Origin: Hydrolagus colliei
Lineage: Eukaryota
Assembly (NCBI GenBank): GCA_035084275.1
Contig: CM068742.1
Coordinates: 154,814,001 to 154,878,000 of the forward strand
Reading direction: 5' to 3'
DNA: 64,000 nucleotides
The notes below the pieces were generated by a model. That model saw only the letters and a list, made by a program, of their open reading frames with translations. It was not told where the DNA came from and did not search any database. Both the position numbers and the translations under genes were made by a program. Below, in pieces: positions 48,392 to 62,094 of this stretch (the stretch's first letter is position 1; the number at the start of each line of letters is the position of its first letter).

Positions 48392-49071
48392 GTGGATTGA
48401 AATGACCAATTTTTATTATTGTGGGTTTTTTTCATGGACAGGTTATTATTAGGTGTGTGTGTGTGTGGAGTAAGGAAACTTGCCCAAGGTTTTGCCCTGA
48501 TATTGCTGGATTCGAGCACAGGTCTCACACTTGTAAAGCGAGTGCTCTAACCACTGAGCTCCAGGAGTTCCACACTTTCCTTTCTCCAGCATTCATTCCT
48601 TCTGGTCACTTGTTAAAGTTAATACTTGAAACATCAGTAAATCGTTCCCCTGGCTACCTTCCTCGTGAGGGCCTCCAGCCTAATGCTTGTGCTACTCACT
48701 GATCCATCTATAAATCCTTGTTTACCATGATACTGACACTGGGAGAAACTCACTTCACTTTCCTTGTGGTGTGATTGTTAATCCATCCAAACAAATAGAT
48801 TGGACCTTGAATTAACATTAACATTTCATCTACTGGGCAATGCAGTGTTTCTCCCCTCCCCCATCCCATTTCTGCGTCAGGCAAGACTGTGAGTTCAAAG
48901 TCCCTGAGACTTGAACTCACAGGCCTTCTAAACAACTGGCAATAACTGAACCTTACTCCCTAATCCACTGCCTCCGCAGCCTCCTGCAAGTACCTCCATT
49001 CCACCATCGGTCATTATGGCGCAAAACTCTTTTAAAACTCCGCCTTGTCCCTTTCCCATTCCTTCCATATG

Positions 49072-49368
49072 GAGTCCTGCAGCTCAGTGGTTAGAGCTCT
49101 CGCCTTAAAAGTGAGAGACCTGGATGAAATTCCAGGCCGGGTGAAACCGTGGGCAAATTTTCTTACTCCACATGTCTACTAATAATCCCTCAAACAAAAA
49201 TTGGTCATTTCAATCCATGACTGTTTGTGGAACAATGCTGTGCCCAATTGGCTTCTGCGTTTTGCCCATACATTTACAGTCAATTTACTTTAGTATATTC
49301 TGTGAAGCGCTTAGAGACATCTAGAAGACGTGGAGAGCGCAATGTCAAATGCAAGGATTATTATTATT
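49072..49368 (+). mobile_element. tRNA-derived SINE (dominant family, dozens of copies across the window)
   Basis: Head ggagtcctgcagctcagtggttagag, body ttgggcaa..ttactccaca, core ctgctgtgcgcaattggc, L2-like tail with (ATT)n. Further copies at 2280-2600(-), 46720-47480(-, nested), 53132-53450, 54816-55070, 56075-56382 and 62843-63165. Confidence 0.88.
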
Positions 49369-51427
49369 AGGTCGCGCCTGAAGACCTTCCTCTTCGACCT
49401 TGCCTACAGCCACCTCCCCCTCTCCTCCGCTTGGAGTCATGCTTCCATCACTGCTAAGCGCTCTGGGACACTACACTTAGGGGCACTATATAAATGCGTG
49501 TTGTTTGGGGTGAACATGTTATGCTATGCTTCTAATGTCACATTGGAAGAAGTGTTAAAATATCACAGGAAACCGACTCGATTTTACATTCATCCCATGT
49601 GGGATGAATGTAAACTTATTATTTAGTCTGAAACTTTGTCTAGATTTTGATAACAGTCGGGATATATGTAACACTTACTTTGTTCCAAGCAATAGTCGAT
49701 CATGTTCTGTGTTGTGTGTTAACTTTTAACCTATTTAACCTCACAAGCATGTCACTGGAGGGCAGCCAGGCAGATTGCCTCGCTATCAGAACAGACTGCG
49801 ATATCTTTTATTCCTCAACAAAGTCCCAATCTGTTCCCGATATCCTTCCTGTCATTGCAACTTTTCATATTTGGTCAACAAGGTCAACAAGGCCATAATT
49901 TCCAAACCAAATTATTTAGAGTTCCACATTAGCAATTTCTATTTGTCTGGTGTAGAATAGTATGTGGAGGGGTGGATCCTGCTTATCTATATCTGGGGAG
50001 TGTTAAGTACAGACAGGTAAGAATTGAGGTTAAACCAGCTAAATCTGCACAGTTTACCACAGCAGAGCACTGACAAGCTTTGCGTTACTTGTCCAACTAT
50101 GACCACCCTACGACCTCGCTAAACAAATGTAATTTTGTTGTTGTTGTTAAGATTTTGGTTTGCAGGGATAACAGGAGCTAGCTGGGAATACCATGTGCCT
50201 AGTGTCTCTTCTACCAAGTCCTTCCAATGAGCCATGCTGGCTGATCTGTTATTAGCAGTGTACTATACAATAGTCTAATTCAGAAACTAGTGAGACTACA
50301 AAGATCATCCCAATTCTAACATTGCATGGTATGTCACCTTAGAGTTAACGTTCTCTGAAGCGACTCTGCCTACCTCTATCCCTACCGTAGATGGATAGTC
50401 ATTGAAGTTTATGGGAGTGAAGTGATTTGGAATGAGAATTACCAATGGAAAAACCAAACTGAGATCCTCGCTGCTTCATCAATTAGACACTAAAAATCTC
50501 ATGGCACTGGAGAGGCAGCTCAAAAAGAAAAGCAAGTTTCTCGTCGATAATCCTCCAGATAGAATTGATCCTTGTTGCACTTAAAATGGCAGCAGACTTT
50601 GCCCAGGATTTTGTTTTGACAGTGATTACAGCTAAAAGCACTTTGACTTTGTGGCATGATAAGGCGGTTTAAAAATACAAAAGTCTTTTGTCTAAATCTG
50701 GAGTTTCTCAGAATAAGCAGCTTTTATTCTACAAATGGGATCACAAAGTACATTTCGACTTAATTTGCCCTACCTACCACTGTTCCCACTTGCTTAAAAT
50801 TTAGAGCATGTAATGCTGCTATATACCTGATTCCGCACTCTCACTTGTTAAATGCGTGTTTGTGAAATGTAGGGAAAGGGTTGTGCTTTGTCTGCTGTTG
50901 ATTAAATTCTCTCATTTTGTCTCTCTCTAGGCTGGCAGCAAGTGCCTCCCCTCGTTATCTCCCTTGGACGTGATGTTATTTGGGTGACTGCATTCGCTAT
51001 CTGAGCAAAGTTTTATGTCCTCGTGATGCCCTTGCGCCCAACTCTGCTTAAAACCTCCTCTTTGGGCGGTTTGTTTTCCTTGGAACAATTTCACAAGTAG
51101 TTGATGCTGAATCTTCTAATTCTGTTTTAATGAAAGGCTTACACTCGACAGAAAGTTCTTGTTCCAAATTGCCTCCCCTCGCATTCCCACGTGAGTCTCT
51201 CAGTGATTTGGCAAAGTCTTGGTGCAGGGAATGTTAATGATTCCCGCACTCTGTGCCCAGCGATCGCAATGTTAACTTTGAGGTGTACTCCAACCCTGAT
51301 CAGACTGAACCCTGTCTCTTCCAACTTCTCATGAGCTGCCTGAGCACCTGGATGTTAGCAGCTTTTGCTGGACTCAACGTCTTGGGTGCTCGCTGTCACT
51401 TTTAGCCAAAGATCTAGCAACCGGGAA

Positions 51428-51775
51428 ATGGCTTCTGCTACAATCATCCACTTTAGTCACATCGACTATGTTATCTTTGTTCTGCTCCTGGTCCTGTCCT
51501 CCGCTATTGGACTGTTCTACGCCTTACGCGGCGGGAAGCAAAGGACCACGCAGGAATTCCTGCTCGCCAATCGCAGTATGGGCTTCCTGCCGGTGGCTTT
51601 GTCGCTCCTTGCCACCTTCCAGTCGGCGGTGGCCATCCTTGGTGTCCCGGCTGAAATTTACACAAACGGCACCCAATACTGGTTCCTCGGCTGCTCCTAC
51701 TTCCTGGGACTCCTCATCCCGGCTCACATCTTCCTTCCCATGTTCTACCGGCTCAAGCTGACCAGCACCTACGAG
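51428..51775 (+). CDS. SLC5A6: SLC5A6 (SMVT) coding exon 1
   Basis: [59 protein letters not shown], near-identical to recalled SMVT; donor GAG|gtaaga. Confidence 0.95.
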
Positions 51776-53759
51776 GTAAGAGGGAATCGGTTACTCAGCA
51801 GTCCCTCGGTAAAACTGACAGGGGTGGGAGAGATGGAGGCAGGCGGGGTGGGGGGGGAGAGGAACAGAGAGGCAGAAAGAGATGACAATGGGGGAAGTGA
51901 GGCAGCATAGGGTGGGAATGGAGAGATGGGAGAGGAACAGAGGAAACGAGAAGATCAGTGGAGGTCGGGAGGGGGCAGAGGAGAAAAGTAATGGTACTGC
52001 ATAGAAGCTGGCTTTTAAATTAAGAATTTTTCACAATTTAATAATAATCCTTTTTAATATAGTGCCGCATTATGTCTTCAAGATGCCTCGAAGCACTTCA
52101 CAGTATATACTATAAAGTAAACTGACTGTATATTATGTGAGAGAAACACCATGAAGTTCAGGCGAAGACACTGAAGAATTGCTTCACTGCCCCTTTGTGT
52201 TGTGCCACTTGTGTGGCTTTAGTGAGCTAAAACATTAAGTTACCAATTCACAGATGTCTTACAGTTTGGCATCTGTCCTGTTACAGTGAGGCTGGAGGAG
52301 TCAACACAATCCAAATACAGGAGGCTCAATAAGTAACCTGATTCTCAGTTATTTACAGAGCGGCAAGAGATTATATAAACTTCAGTGGCGAGCCCAACAT
52401 GCACAACATGATTCTCAATATTTTTCATGCTTATCGTCACCTCTCCTTTCTTCCTGCCTCGACGTTGTTCATCGTTCTGAGACGCAATGGGCAATCTCTC
52501 ATAATGGGGTGGGGGCGTATAGCTCAGTGATTAGAGCACTGGCCAGGGTTCAATTCCAGTTAGGGTGAAACCCGGGGCAAGTTTCCTTACTCCACACGGC
52601 TGATAATAATCCCTGAAAGAAAAATAAAAAATTGCTAATTTTAATTCACGACTGTTTGTGGGAGGCTGCTGTGCATAATTGGTTGCCGCACTTCTCCCAC
52701 ATATATACAGTCGATTCACTTTATTGTATTTTCCGTGAAGTGCTTTGAGACGTCTAGAAGACATGAAATCATTATTAATACCGTTTTAACTAAAGAATAT
52801 ACCTCTGACAATACAGTACTTCTCTGTTGTTTGTGAGGTTAAATGCAAATGCGTCAAAATGTCTTGGCTCTAGGTCAGAAGGTTGTGGCTTCAAACCAGA
52901 TGTTGGGAGACTTGAGCTAACAGTTTGGTGGGATGTTAAAATGAGATCACTTCCGCCTGTTATTCAGCCATTTATCCTGACTGTGTTTGTGCCAAAGTGG
53001 CTGCGGTTTAACTGCAAAAAACAGTTGCTTCAAATAAGGGAGTTTATCTTCTCGGTGTCCTGGCCCATAGAACGCACAGTTACTACACTTTTCATCTTTC
53101 TGAGACGGAAAGGGTAATCTTGCGTTACAGTGGAGCTCCTGTAGCTGAGTGGTTAGAACACTCGCCTTACAAGCGTGAGACATGTGTTCAAATCCAGGCA
53201 GAATAGGGCAAAAACTTGGGCAAGTTTCCTTACTCCACACGCCTAATAATCCGTCCCAAAAAAACACATTAATAAAAATTGGTCACTCATTCTACAACTG
53301 TTTGTGGGGACGCTGCTGTGCGCAATTGGCTGCCACGTTTCGCCCACAAAATACAGTGAATTCACTTTACAGTATATCCTGTGAAGAGCTTTGAAGCGTC
53401 GGTATGTTGTGAAAAGTGCTATATAAAATGAAATGATTATTATGTTGTTATTATTTAAAATATATCCCGTGAAGTGCTTTTAGACGTCTCGAAAATATGA
53501 TAAGAATCTATATAAAATTTGGGACGTCCTCCCGACGTGAAAAAGGCACTATGTAAGTGCAATTTTGTTATTGTTATTGCTTTGAAACACTTCGAGCTGT
53601 TAGTATGATAAAGTACAATTAAAAATGCAAGTTTCTCCCACTGAGCACCAACATTGCTAACATCAACCATCTAGCTATCTATCTTGGATTCATAGACTGC
53701 ATGTTTGGATATGCTCTTAGTAAATACCGCTCCCACAGCTCAGCTTCCACCCTCTAGCG

Positions 53760-53830
53760 CAGTGGTTCTCAACCGTTTTCAGTAATGTACCCCATGTTAA
53801 TTTTCAACATTATCATGTACCCCCCACCCA
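53760..53830. mobile_element. hAT/Charlie-type MITE end fragment
   Basis: CAGTGGTTCTCAAC terminus preceded by a ctctagcg target-like 8-mer; partner end not found. Confidence 0.4.
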
Positions 53831-54602
53831 ACCACATACACACACAACTCACCCTCATTCCACTTACATTTAATAACCAAGCTCTTTTTTTTATAACAAA
53901 ATAACTAGCACATACAGGAGCATGTGGAGCTCCTGTGGCTCAGTGGTTAGAGCACTTGTCTTGCAAGCTGGGGAGACCCGTGTTCGAATCCAGGCAGGTC
54001 AGGGCGAAACCTTGGGCAAGTTTCCTTACTCCACAAACATACATGCCTAATAGTAATCCATCCCAAAAAACCACAATAATAACCCAAACATGGCAGCCAA
54101 ATGTGTACAGCAGTGTACCCACAAAACAGCCATGGATTGGAAGGATTATTTGGAGGGATTATTATTAAGTGTGTGGAGTAAGGAAACTTGCCCAAGGTTT
54201 CGCCCTGACCTTATTGGATTCAAAACTTGTATAGCTCCTTTCACATCTAGAGGACGTCTCTCACTGGCCTCACTGACATTACCAGGGAATGTAGGAACTA
54301 CTTCATGCAGAGAGTAGTGAGATTGTGGAACTCGCTGTCTGAAGTGATGGTGGAATAAGATAGTATATATGCACTCAAAAGGCAGCAAGACTTCCACGAG
54401 GCAGAGGTCGATAGAAGAGTATGGGCAAAGAACAGGTATTGCCTTGTGTGGAATATAAACACCAGCACAGACTGGTTGGGCCTGTTTTGGGGTTGTACTT
54501 TCTGTATATAAACATTTATAGACAGTTTATGAGACTGGGTTGTACTTGTTACCTCACATCAACATGACTACTCACCCCATTTCCCCTGTGATTTTCCCTC
54601 AG

Positions 54603-54668
54603 TACCTGGAACTCCGTTTCAACAAAGCCACTCGGCTGTGCGGGACAGTAACCTTTATCTTTCAGATG
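54603..54668 (+). CDS. SLC5A6: SLC5A6 coding exon 2 ([22 protein letters not shown])
   Basis: cctcag| ... |gtgagt, 66 nt, phase 0. Confidence 0.95.
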
Positions 54669-57600
54669 GTGAGTGCGGCGCGCTAATCGAAGATTACAGG
54701 GGATCACGCGATTGAAAGGGAGGCACGAGCTGCTCAACTGTAATTCAAACCGCGTCACAACAGCCATGTACACTTACACATCTTTCCATTTATATATATA
54801 TATTTATATATTTGTGGAGCTCCTGTGGCTCAGTGGTTAGAGCACTTATCTTCCAAGCTGGGGAGACCAAGCTGGGGAGACCTGTGTTCGAAACCAGGCA
54901 GGTCAGGGCGAAACCTTGGGCAAGTTTCCTTACTCCACACGCCTAATAATAATCCTAAATATAATCGCAAATATACAGTCAATTCACTTTACAGTATATT
55001 CTGTGAAGCGCTTTGAGACGTCTAGGAAACGGGAAAAGCGCTATACCAAATGCAAGGATTATTATTATTACTAAAATTAAAGTGTGATGGCCAGACACAG
55101 GGCTCTAGCTGAGGACTAACCAGTGTTTTACAGTGTTTTCTGTCCGTCCATCCCACATCCCCTCATACATATACACACATACAGAATATTTTTCCCATGT
55201 ACGGAATGGGTTAACCTCAACTAGGCTTGTGGAGGCACGTCTGCACCCTCCTTTGTTCACTTCTGAAGGTCAGAACAAACTTAAATCGGAACCAAAGTTC
55301 ATTTCTAATTCTGCATTCTCCAGAGTGGATTGATGTTTTTTTTAAACATAAATTAACTTGCATTTGACGCCACCACTTTCCATAGAGGGTTACACTGCAG
55401 AATAGCAATGTGTTGGTACCAATTAGGTCCTGTTCTGCACTAGCAGCACCCACAAAAAAGAGCTATGGCCAGAGTGAGTGATCAGCAGTTTTACTGTTGG
55501 TTAGTGCGGCAGGTGGTTTGATTTTTTTTAATCCAGGGGTCAGCGTTGCAGTCGTCCCAAACACCTTCCATTCGTTAGTTATAGAAGGTCATTAAATTGT
55601 ACTAATTCATCTCCACCTGAGTAACAGTGGGTATCCACTCCTGGATTTTGTGATTTTTTTCCATTAGCTTGGTTTGACCATATCTAGGTGTAAATTACAC
55701 CAAGTGACTGTTAAAGCAGGTACAGGCCATTTGAAAAATCCTGTGGCACTTGTGTTTTCCTCCATGTGAGCCTATCAGTCTAATTCTACCCTCACGCTCG
55801 CATCCATCCTTCCTCTCTTCAATATTTCTCCTCATCTAACATGTATTTCAGTTCCTTTAAAGAGCTGATGGATTCTGTCTCAACCTCAGCTCCTGGCTGC
55901 CTTTTCCACATACTCCTGAGTTTTTATAGCTTCCCTTTTAATTTTGGCAGAGTGGTTTCCAACACTGGGGTTCAGGTGATGAGGTAATTGAAGCAGAAGA
56001 ACAACCACTGAATTATTAAGTATTATAGCAACGAGATGGGTCGGAGATATCCGTGGCTGGAGCCACTTTTGATGTAGTCCTGTAGCTGGTGGTTGGAGCA
56101 CTCGCCTTACAAGCATGAGACCTGTGTTCGAATCCAGACAGATGAGGGCGTAACCTTGGGCAAGTTTCCTTACTCCATACCTAATAATAATCCCTCCAAA
56201 AAAAACACAATAATAAAAATCGGTCATTTCAACCCACGACTGTTTGTGGGGCGCTGCTGTGCGCAATTGGCTGTCGCATTTCGCCCACAAATATACAGTC
56301 ACTTCATTTTACAGTATATTCTGTGAAGCGCTTTGAGACGTCAAGAAAAGCACTATATCAAATGCAAAGATTATTATTATTACTAAGGGGGAGTGATGTG
56401 ACTCACATTGGTACTCACATTACACCTCTCAAAACCAGACGTTAATCCTTGGCCAATTTGTGTGTAAATGTCACGAGGCAAATCCTAAATTCATTCTTTA
56501 ATTGAAAAAAATCTGTCCGCACTTTGTGTTGAAATGAGCTATTATTGGCTGCTTCACACTCCACCCTCAAACTTCACTCCCTCTCCCCCACACCACACCC
56601 ATGCACTTTGCAGTCATTGGCTGAGATGTTAGCTGAGCGAGCGCTATACTGTAGGAAGTGCCGTCCTTTGGACAAGATGTAAACCGAGGTCCCATCTGTC
56701 TGTTCAGGTGGATGTAGTAATTTACAGCACAGAATGCCATTGTGCAATTCATTCAGTCCCATTTACCAGGCTTTTCCCCAAAACTGCTGCTAATTCTCGT
56801 TTACCAGTATTTATCTCCTTTACTCCAGTAAAGGTGATATAGATCCTGCTTTCACCATCACACCCAGGCCGGCATGGCCGGCATTCCACATCCTAACAAT
56901 ATATTCTGTGAAGCTCTTTGAGATGTCTAGAAGATGTGAAAAGCACTATATCAAATGCACAGATTTTTATTGTATTATTATCTGCAGATTTAGAAATTGT
57001 GCCCGCTTTTTAAGAATTCAGATCGTTTATTTATTAAGTGCAAGAATTATCATTATATATTAAAGATCCAACTATTAGAAACCTGCAGGTTGTTTTTCCC
57101 TATGTCCTGAACCATCCAGTTTATTGGCTCATTCCCCTCAGGTCGCTGTGATCATGCTGTGCACTAAAACGGTTGCTGTGTTTACCTACAATTATAGGTA
57201 TCACCTACAATTTAATTAAAAAATAAATCCTGTTTCCTTCTTTTTTATATTTAATCATTGTTTATATAATTGCTCTTGATAGAAACTCTGTGTGAAGCAT
57301 TTTGAGATTGTAAGATCTTTCTTCATGTGCTATACTTTCACCCACGAGTCAATCCACTTTACAGTATAATAATAATCCTTGCATTTGGTATAGCGCTTTT
57401 CACATCTTATCGATGTCTCAAAGCGCTTCACAGAATATACTGTAAAATGAATTGACGGTATATCATGTGAAGTGCTTTGGGTTGTCATCCCGACGTGAAA
57501 GGCGCTAAACCAAATTGATTTGGGGAGTGGGGAGTTTGGTCAATCAGGTGTCTGATAAATGTGGAGCCCCATCACCATGCCTAAGAACTCAACTAAGAAT

Positions 57601-58237
57601 TCCAATCATCTCATCTACACGTAGAAATCCCAGAGAGAGATTGCTGGAATGGAATGCGCTCTCTCTCCCTGGAGAGACGCATTCTGCTCACGTAATTCCG
57701 CAGTGCATTAGGCGCAGGTTAGCGAGAGCAAAGGCTTGGGGAGGAGCCCAGAGTTTCACTTGGGGTCTTGCTGGAGTCAAACCAGATAAAATTGCATAGC
57801 TTGCCATTGATATCACTTTCCCACTGCTGTCCAGCGAGGACCACCCAACTCATTAGGGTTTTCAGAGTTAACAGGAGCTGAGTGAGAGAATTCCCAGCCC
57901 CAGTTACTGGTCTAACCTTCCAGGATAGGTTCTGGGCAAGTTTCCTTACTCCACACACGCCTAATAATAATCCCTCCAAAAAAAACACAAAAATAAAATT
58001 AGTAATTTCAATCCACGACTGAAATGACCTGTTACTGCTTGTGGGGACGCTGCTGTGCCACATTTTGCCCACAAATATACAGTCAATTCACTTTACAGTG
58101 TATTCTGTGAAGTGCTTTGAGATGTCTAGAAGATGTGAAAAGCGCTATATCAAATGCAAGCATTATTATAATTAAATACTATACAATTCACATATTAGAC
58201 TTGCTCTTGATGCTGTTTTATTTGTGTTTTGTTTCAG

Positions 58238-58289
58238 GTTATATATATGGGTGTGGTGCTGTATACTCCTGCTTTGGCACTGAACGCAG
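58238..58289 (+). CDS. SLC5A6: SLC5A6 coding exon 3 (VIYMGVVLYTPALALNA)
   Basis: tttcag| ... |gtactg, 52 nt. Confidence 0.95.
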
Positions 58290-58679
58290 GTACTGTGAGA
58301 TTGAACGTGTTTGAAACATATTAATACACAGCAGTTGAGGGAGAGAGATAGGCATGCAGACATCTACATATCGGACGCTGGGGGTGTGAATGTTACTCGA
58401 GTATCTAGTATCAGTTTTGCTGCCCTTTATATAACTCCCTCATCAGTCACCATCGAGTTCAGCAAATGGCAACTGAATTGATTCATCCTTGGTTAGAGCA
58501 GGTAGTCAACCGGTGGCCCATGGGCTAAATCCATCCAGCCCCCTCCCACCCACCCCTCATTTCATATCTTGCCCGCTCACTCTGAATGTTATGCTTACAA
58601 AAATATTGCTTATGGGGCCTGTGGATGTTTCTCAAGTACATACTAACCTAGGAATTAGTAGCAAGAGTAGGACATTCAG

Positions 58680-59160
58680 CCCTCAAGCCTTCCCAGCCAT
58701 TCAATAAGATGATGGCTGATCTTCGAATCTAATTCCATCCGCCCCCTCTTATCCTCATGTTCCTTAATCCCCCTACCCATAAATAATCTATCAATCTCAG
58801 TCTTGAATATGTTTAAGGACTGAGCATTTATAGCCTTCTGGGGTAGAGAAATCCATAAATTCACCGCAGTCTGAGTGAAGAAATGTTTCCTCAACTCTGT
58901 TCGAAAAGGCTGACCCTTAATCTTAAAACTATGACCCCTAGTTATAGATTCTCCAACCAGGGGAAACAGTCTCCCACTGTCTACTCTGTCGTGCCTCTTA
59001 ATAATCTATAGATTTCTATAAGATCACCTCTAATTCTTCTATATTCTAGAGAATCTAGGCCTAGTTTACTCAAACTATCTTCATAGGTCAACTACCTCAT
59101 CACAGCAACCAATCTATGCTGTACCCCTTCTCTTAAATAAGGAGACCAAAACTGCACACA
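58680..59160 (-). mobile_element. CR1 3' fragment
   Basis: RKHFFTQTAVNLW..FKTEIDR motif. Confidence 0.88.
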
Positions 59161-59821
59161 GTATTCTAGATACGGTACAAGTATTGCATTCTACCCTTGG
59201 CAACCAAACGATTGGACTACCTGCATAGTGCAATGACAGTCTTTGCATTTAATACTTAGCTTTAACATCAAGAGGTCTCTGAATGCTTCACAGGGATCTG
59301 CTATCAAGTGTAGGGATGGCATCTTTGGGCTGCAGCAATTGGGCAAACACTACCCCTGGTATATTGTGATCTGTCAGTGCAAAGGCCAGGTTTTCTGAGT
59401 CGCACAATTATGAGTTAGCAATTGATTTGCTCCATCATTAGCCAATCATACAAATAGGGCTTGTGTTTTTTCAGCACTTGAATGCCTTTATCATATCTAA
59501 ACATCTAAGGACAGAAATTCCACTCAGTCTCTCGCTTCAAGACCATTTAATCTTGTGAAGTCCTGTAGTGTATTGGTTAAAGCGCTCGCCTTGCAAACAA
59601 GAGAACCTCGGTTCGATTCCCTGCCAGGGCGAAAGGTTAGATACGTTTCTCCACACGCTGCTTCCCTGGCAGTAGGCAGGTACTCAGTTGTTAGTCAATT
59701 GGCAAATCGCTTTCTGGAATAATAATCCCTCTTAACAAAATGCCATCCAGAATTCCAGCCTTGGTTTTCACCATGTGTGACTGTTTGTCAACTTCAACTT
59801 GACTGCCCTGTTTTCTTGCAG

Positions 59822-59889
59822 TAACCGGCTTTGACCTGTGGGGGGCAGTTCTAGCCGTGGGACTCGTGTGTACTGCCTACACGGCATTG
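59822..59889 (+). CDS. SLC5A6: SLC5A6 coding exon 4 (VTGFDLWGAVLAVGLVCTAYTAL)
   Basis: ttgcag| ... |gtgagt, 68 nt. Confidence 0.95.
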
Positions 59890-60009
59890 GTGAGTATCGA
59901 ACCAATCATATTGGGATTTGGTTTTCGTGGGAAGGGGATACTCAGTGACCAGGCGTCCTCTCGATGTTGATGATGTTCTTTGTGCATGTGGCATGTGTGT
60001 ATTGTGTGT

Positions 60010-60400
60010 GTGCAACAACAGCAACCACAAAATTACATTTGTATAGCGCCTTTCACGTTGGGAAGACGTCCCAGGGTGCTGGACAGATGGTGTTTTGGAC
60101 CAGAGCTGGGGGTAGGCAACGGGGTGAGTGGAGCGTCAGGTTAATGAGGTTGATCAAAGCACAGTCGAAGAGGAGGGCCTTGAGTTGGCTCTTGAAGGAG
60201 GGAAGGGATGGGGCGAAGCAGGTTGGAATTCCAGAGGGTGGGAGCAGAGTGGCTGATGGCCTGACCACTGATGGTGGGGTAGGCAAAGTTGGGGACATGA
60301 AGCAGGCTGGAGCCAAAGCAGCAGAGACGTGGGGTCTGGAGAATGTTGTCCAGGGGCATTAGGAGATGGAGGTGGGTTGATTGGAGGTGGGAAGAGGAAT
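60010..60400 (-). mobile_element. L2 3' fragment
   Basis: L2 tail at ~60015-60080; FKSQLKALLFDCA. Confidence 0.82.
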
Positions 60401-61517
60401 TGAGTTAAGGGAGATGAAGTCATGGTCCGAGATGGCTTTGTGGTGTGCATTTTCTTTAAAGTCTTCCAACCACTCCCTGTTTTCTAAAATTGATTTTGTA
60501 ATGACTACATTTATCTACTCAAATAAGGGGCATTAATAGTGGAAAATAAGACTGAATGTTGATTCTCTGCTTTCTGCCTTCGGGTTTGAGGGTTTAACCA
60601 ACTGTCTCTTCATGTCTCTTCATGGTAATGCTGTTCGGAAGATTTTCCGTTACATTGACTAAGCCACTATCTGAGCCTTGCGCACACATTAAAAAATAGT
60701 GGTCACTCAATCCACGACTAAGGGAAGGTGACTTTAGAATGGTTGAACAGGAAGGTCTTAAGGGGGCAGGGGGTGGGTTGCTCTGTGAGCTGGTGCAGAA
60801 TCAATTGGCTGAATGGCCTCATTCTGTGCTGTAGATTTCCATGTTTCTAAGTGACGGTTGATTCGGAATGTTTAAAAGGCAAAATGGTAGAAACTTTGTA
60901 GCATAATAATAATCCCTGCATTTGATATCGCGTCTTCTAGACTGCGTCTCAAAGCGCTTCACAGAATAGACTGTAAAGTGAATTGACTGTATATTTGTGG
61001 GCGAAACATGGCAGCCAATTGCGCACAGCAGCGTCCCCACAAACAGCCGTAGATTGAATTGACCAATCAGAAGAAGAGGGGAAAAGATTGGAAAATGGGA
61101 TTGAAAAATCTGACCTAATAAAATAGCAGGTGAACCGAATATCTTGTCTGTGTTCTTGGCCTGAGCACGATGTGGAGGCCATTGTTGGAGCCATTGACTG
61201 AGTGGGTGTGTGTGATTCTCAGTCACTGCTACAGGCCATATTCAGATAGGCCTCTGTGGTGCCTCACTGGCTTGTGGTTTTCATGCATGGAGTTGCTGCT
61301 TGCGCTGTTAGCTCCAACTTTTTAATCTCTTTAATGTTTCCCCTCTCACTTTCCCCTTTTCCCTCCTCTTCACATGACTGTGGAGGGCTTCTCTTTCTCT
61401 TCTCAATTTCCCATTTCCTCACCTCTCCTTACTGCCACTCTTCTGCCTCCGCCTCCTCTTTACTTCCACTCTACCTTGATCCCTGCCCCATCTTTCTATC
61501 CCTTTCTCCCCTCTCAG

Positions 61518-61672
61518 GGTGGGCTGAAGGCTGTCATCTGGACTGACGTCTTTCAGACTCTGGTGATGTTCTCTGGACAGCTGGCTGTCATCATCATCGG
61601 AGCCATTGAGGCAGGTGGGATGAGTGAGGTCTGGCGGATTGCCGTGGAACAAAAGAAGATCTCCACGATCAA
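61518..61672 (+). CDS. SLC5A6: SLC5A6 coding exon 5 ([18 protein letters not shown])
   Basis: ctctcag| ... |gtaagc, 155 nt. Confidence 0.95.
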
Positions 61673-62094
61673 GTAAGCGATATAGATGGAGAGTTTGGTT
61701 TTCAGACTCTTTAAGCATGGTGACGGTTTCCATTCAGGTCAGAAACTCAGCTGACTAAAAAACAATTGATTATTGGCCATGGCGGCGTGAGAAACTCTCT
61801 TCTCTCTTGTTTTGATTGTGTGTCGGGATCGGAGGAGTCTGTCCAAAGGCAGATTTCTCAAGGAGGAAGGTCTTGAGACGGGCCTTGATTGAGGAAGCAA
61901 GGAAGAGGGCGAGGCAAAGGGATTCGGGCATGGAGTTCCAGAGGGTGGGAACAGAAAAACCTGTCTGCCAATAGTGGGAGCTGACAGGTTGATATCGTAC
62001 TAAGGAGCATGACCATGGAGGGCTTTAAAAATGATGATAAGAAAGTAAGGAAACTTGCCCAAGGTTTTGCCCTGATCTGGCTGGATTCGAACAC

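Noticed and set aside
51365-51427. N-terminal extension of SLC5A6 from a TTG start
   Set aside because: The in-frame ATG at 51428 has good context (gaaATGG) and precedes the conserved region
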